This document shows positions 63,747 to 64,000 of a DNA stretch of 64,000 nucleotides, one piece after another. The position numbers and the translations under genes are program-made. The notes beneath the pieces are model-generated. The model saw only the letters and a list, made by a program, of their open reading frames with translations, was not told the origin of the DNA and did not search any database. The stretch lies in NCBI GenBank assembly GCA_965153285.1, contig OZ229114.1; one strand, given 5' to 3'. The stretch is from Podarcis tiliguerta. Taxonomy: Eukaryota. The first letter of the stretch is position 1. Every line of letters starts with the position of its first letter.

Positions 63747-64000
63747 GCATACACTAAAGAGAGAGAGATCCTATTGGCATAACACACATCATAAATATAC
63801 TTTCTCCAGAATTCCCCCCTGCCTGAATGCTAGGACCTTTGCATTTGGCTAGGCAAGCAGGTGAAAATGCCTATGGCCTTTGCAATTTGATAGCATGTAG
63901 TAGACCATCAATAGCATTGCAGTTTGCACAACAGCTCACAAAGCACCTTTGGGTGGCAATCGGCTAACAAGTTTAATTTAATCTAATAATAGTCATAATA

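Overview
Vertebrate genomic DNA, very probably from a squamate and likely a lacertid lizard. This is inferred from Sauria/Squam-type SINEs, BovB, L2/CR1 tails and small MITE families recognised from memory. Positions 1526-15112 (+) hold the last 13 coding exons of WDR11: 1545 nt, 514 aa plus stop, with all exon phases consistent. The terminal intron (14552-14963) is a minor-spliceosome U12-type AT-AC intron. The remaining ~49 kb has no credible protein-coding gene and fits the start of the WDR11-FGFR2 intergenic region (inference from synteny in other amniotes). It is rich in SINEs, LINE tails, MITEs with TSDs and at least one solo LTR. The most unusual signal is a minus-strand repeat at ~60065-60841, with a partial relative at 35068-35464 and a distant one at ~43800-44085. 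It reads as a self-contained CCAAT/TATA-to-AATAAA non-coding unit with a heavily folded body and a U-rich internal-loop hairpin resembling an ENE (a poly(A) triple-helix stability element). All repeat family names are recognitions from memory, not database hits.
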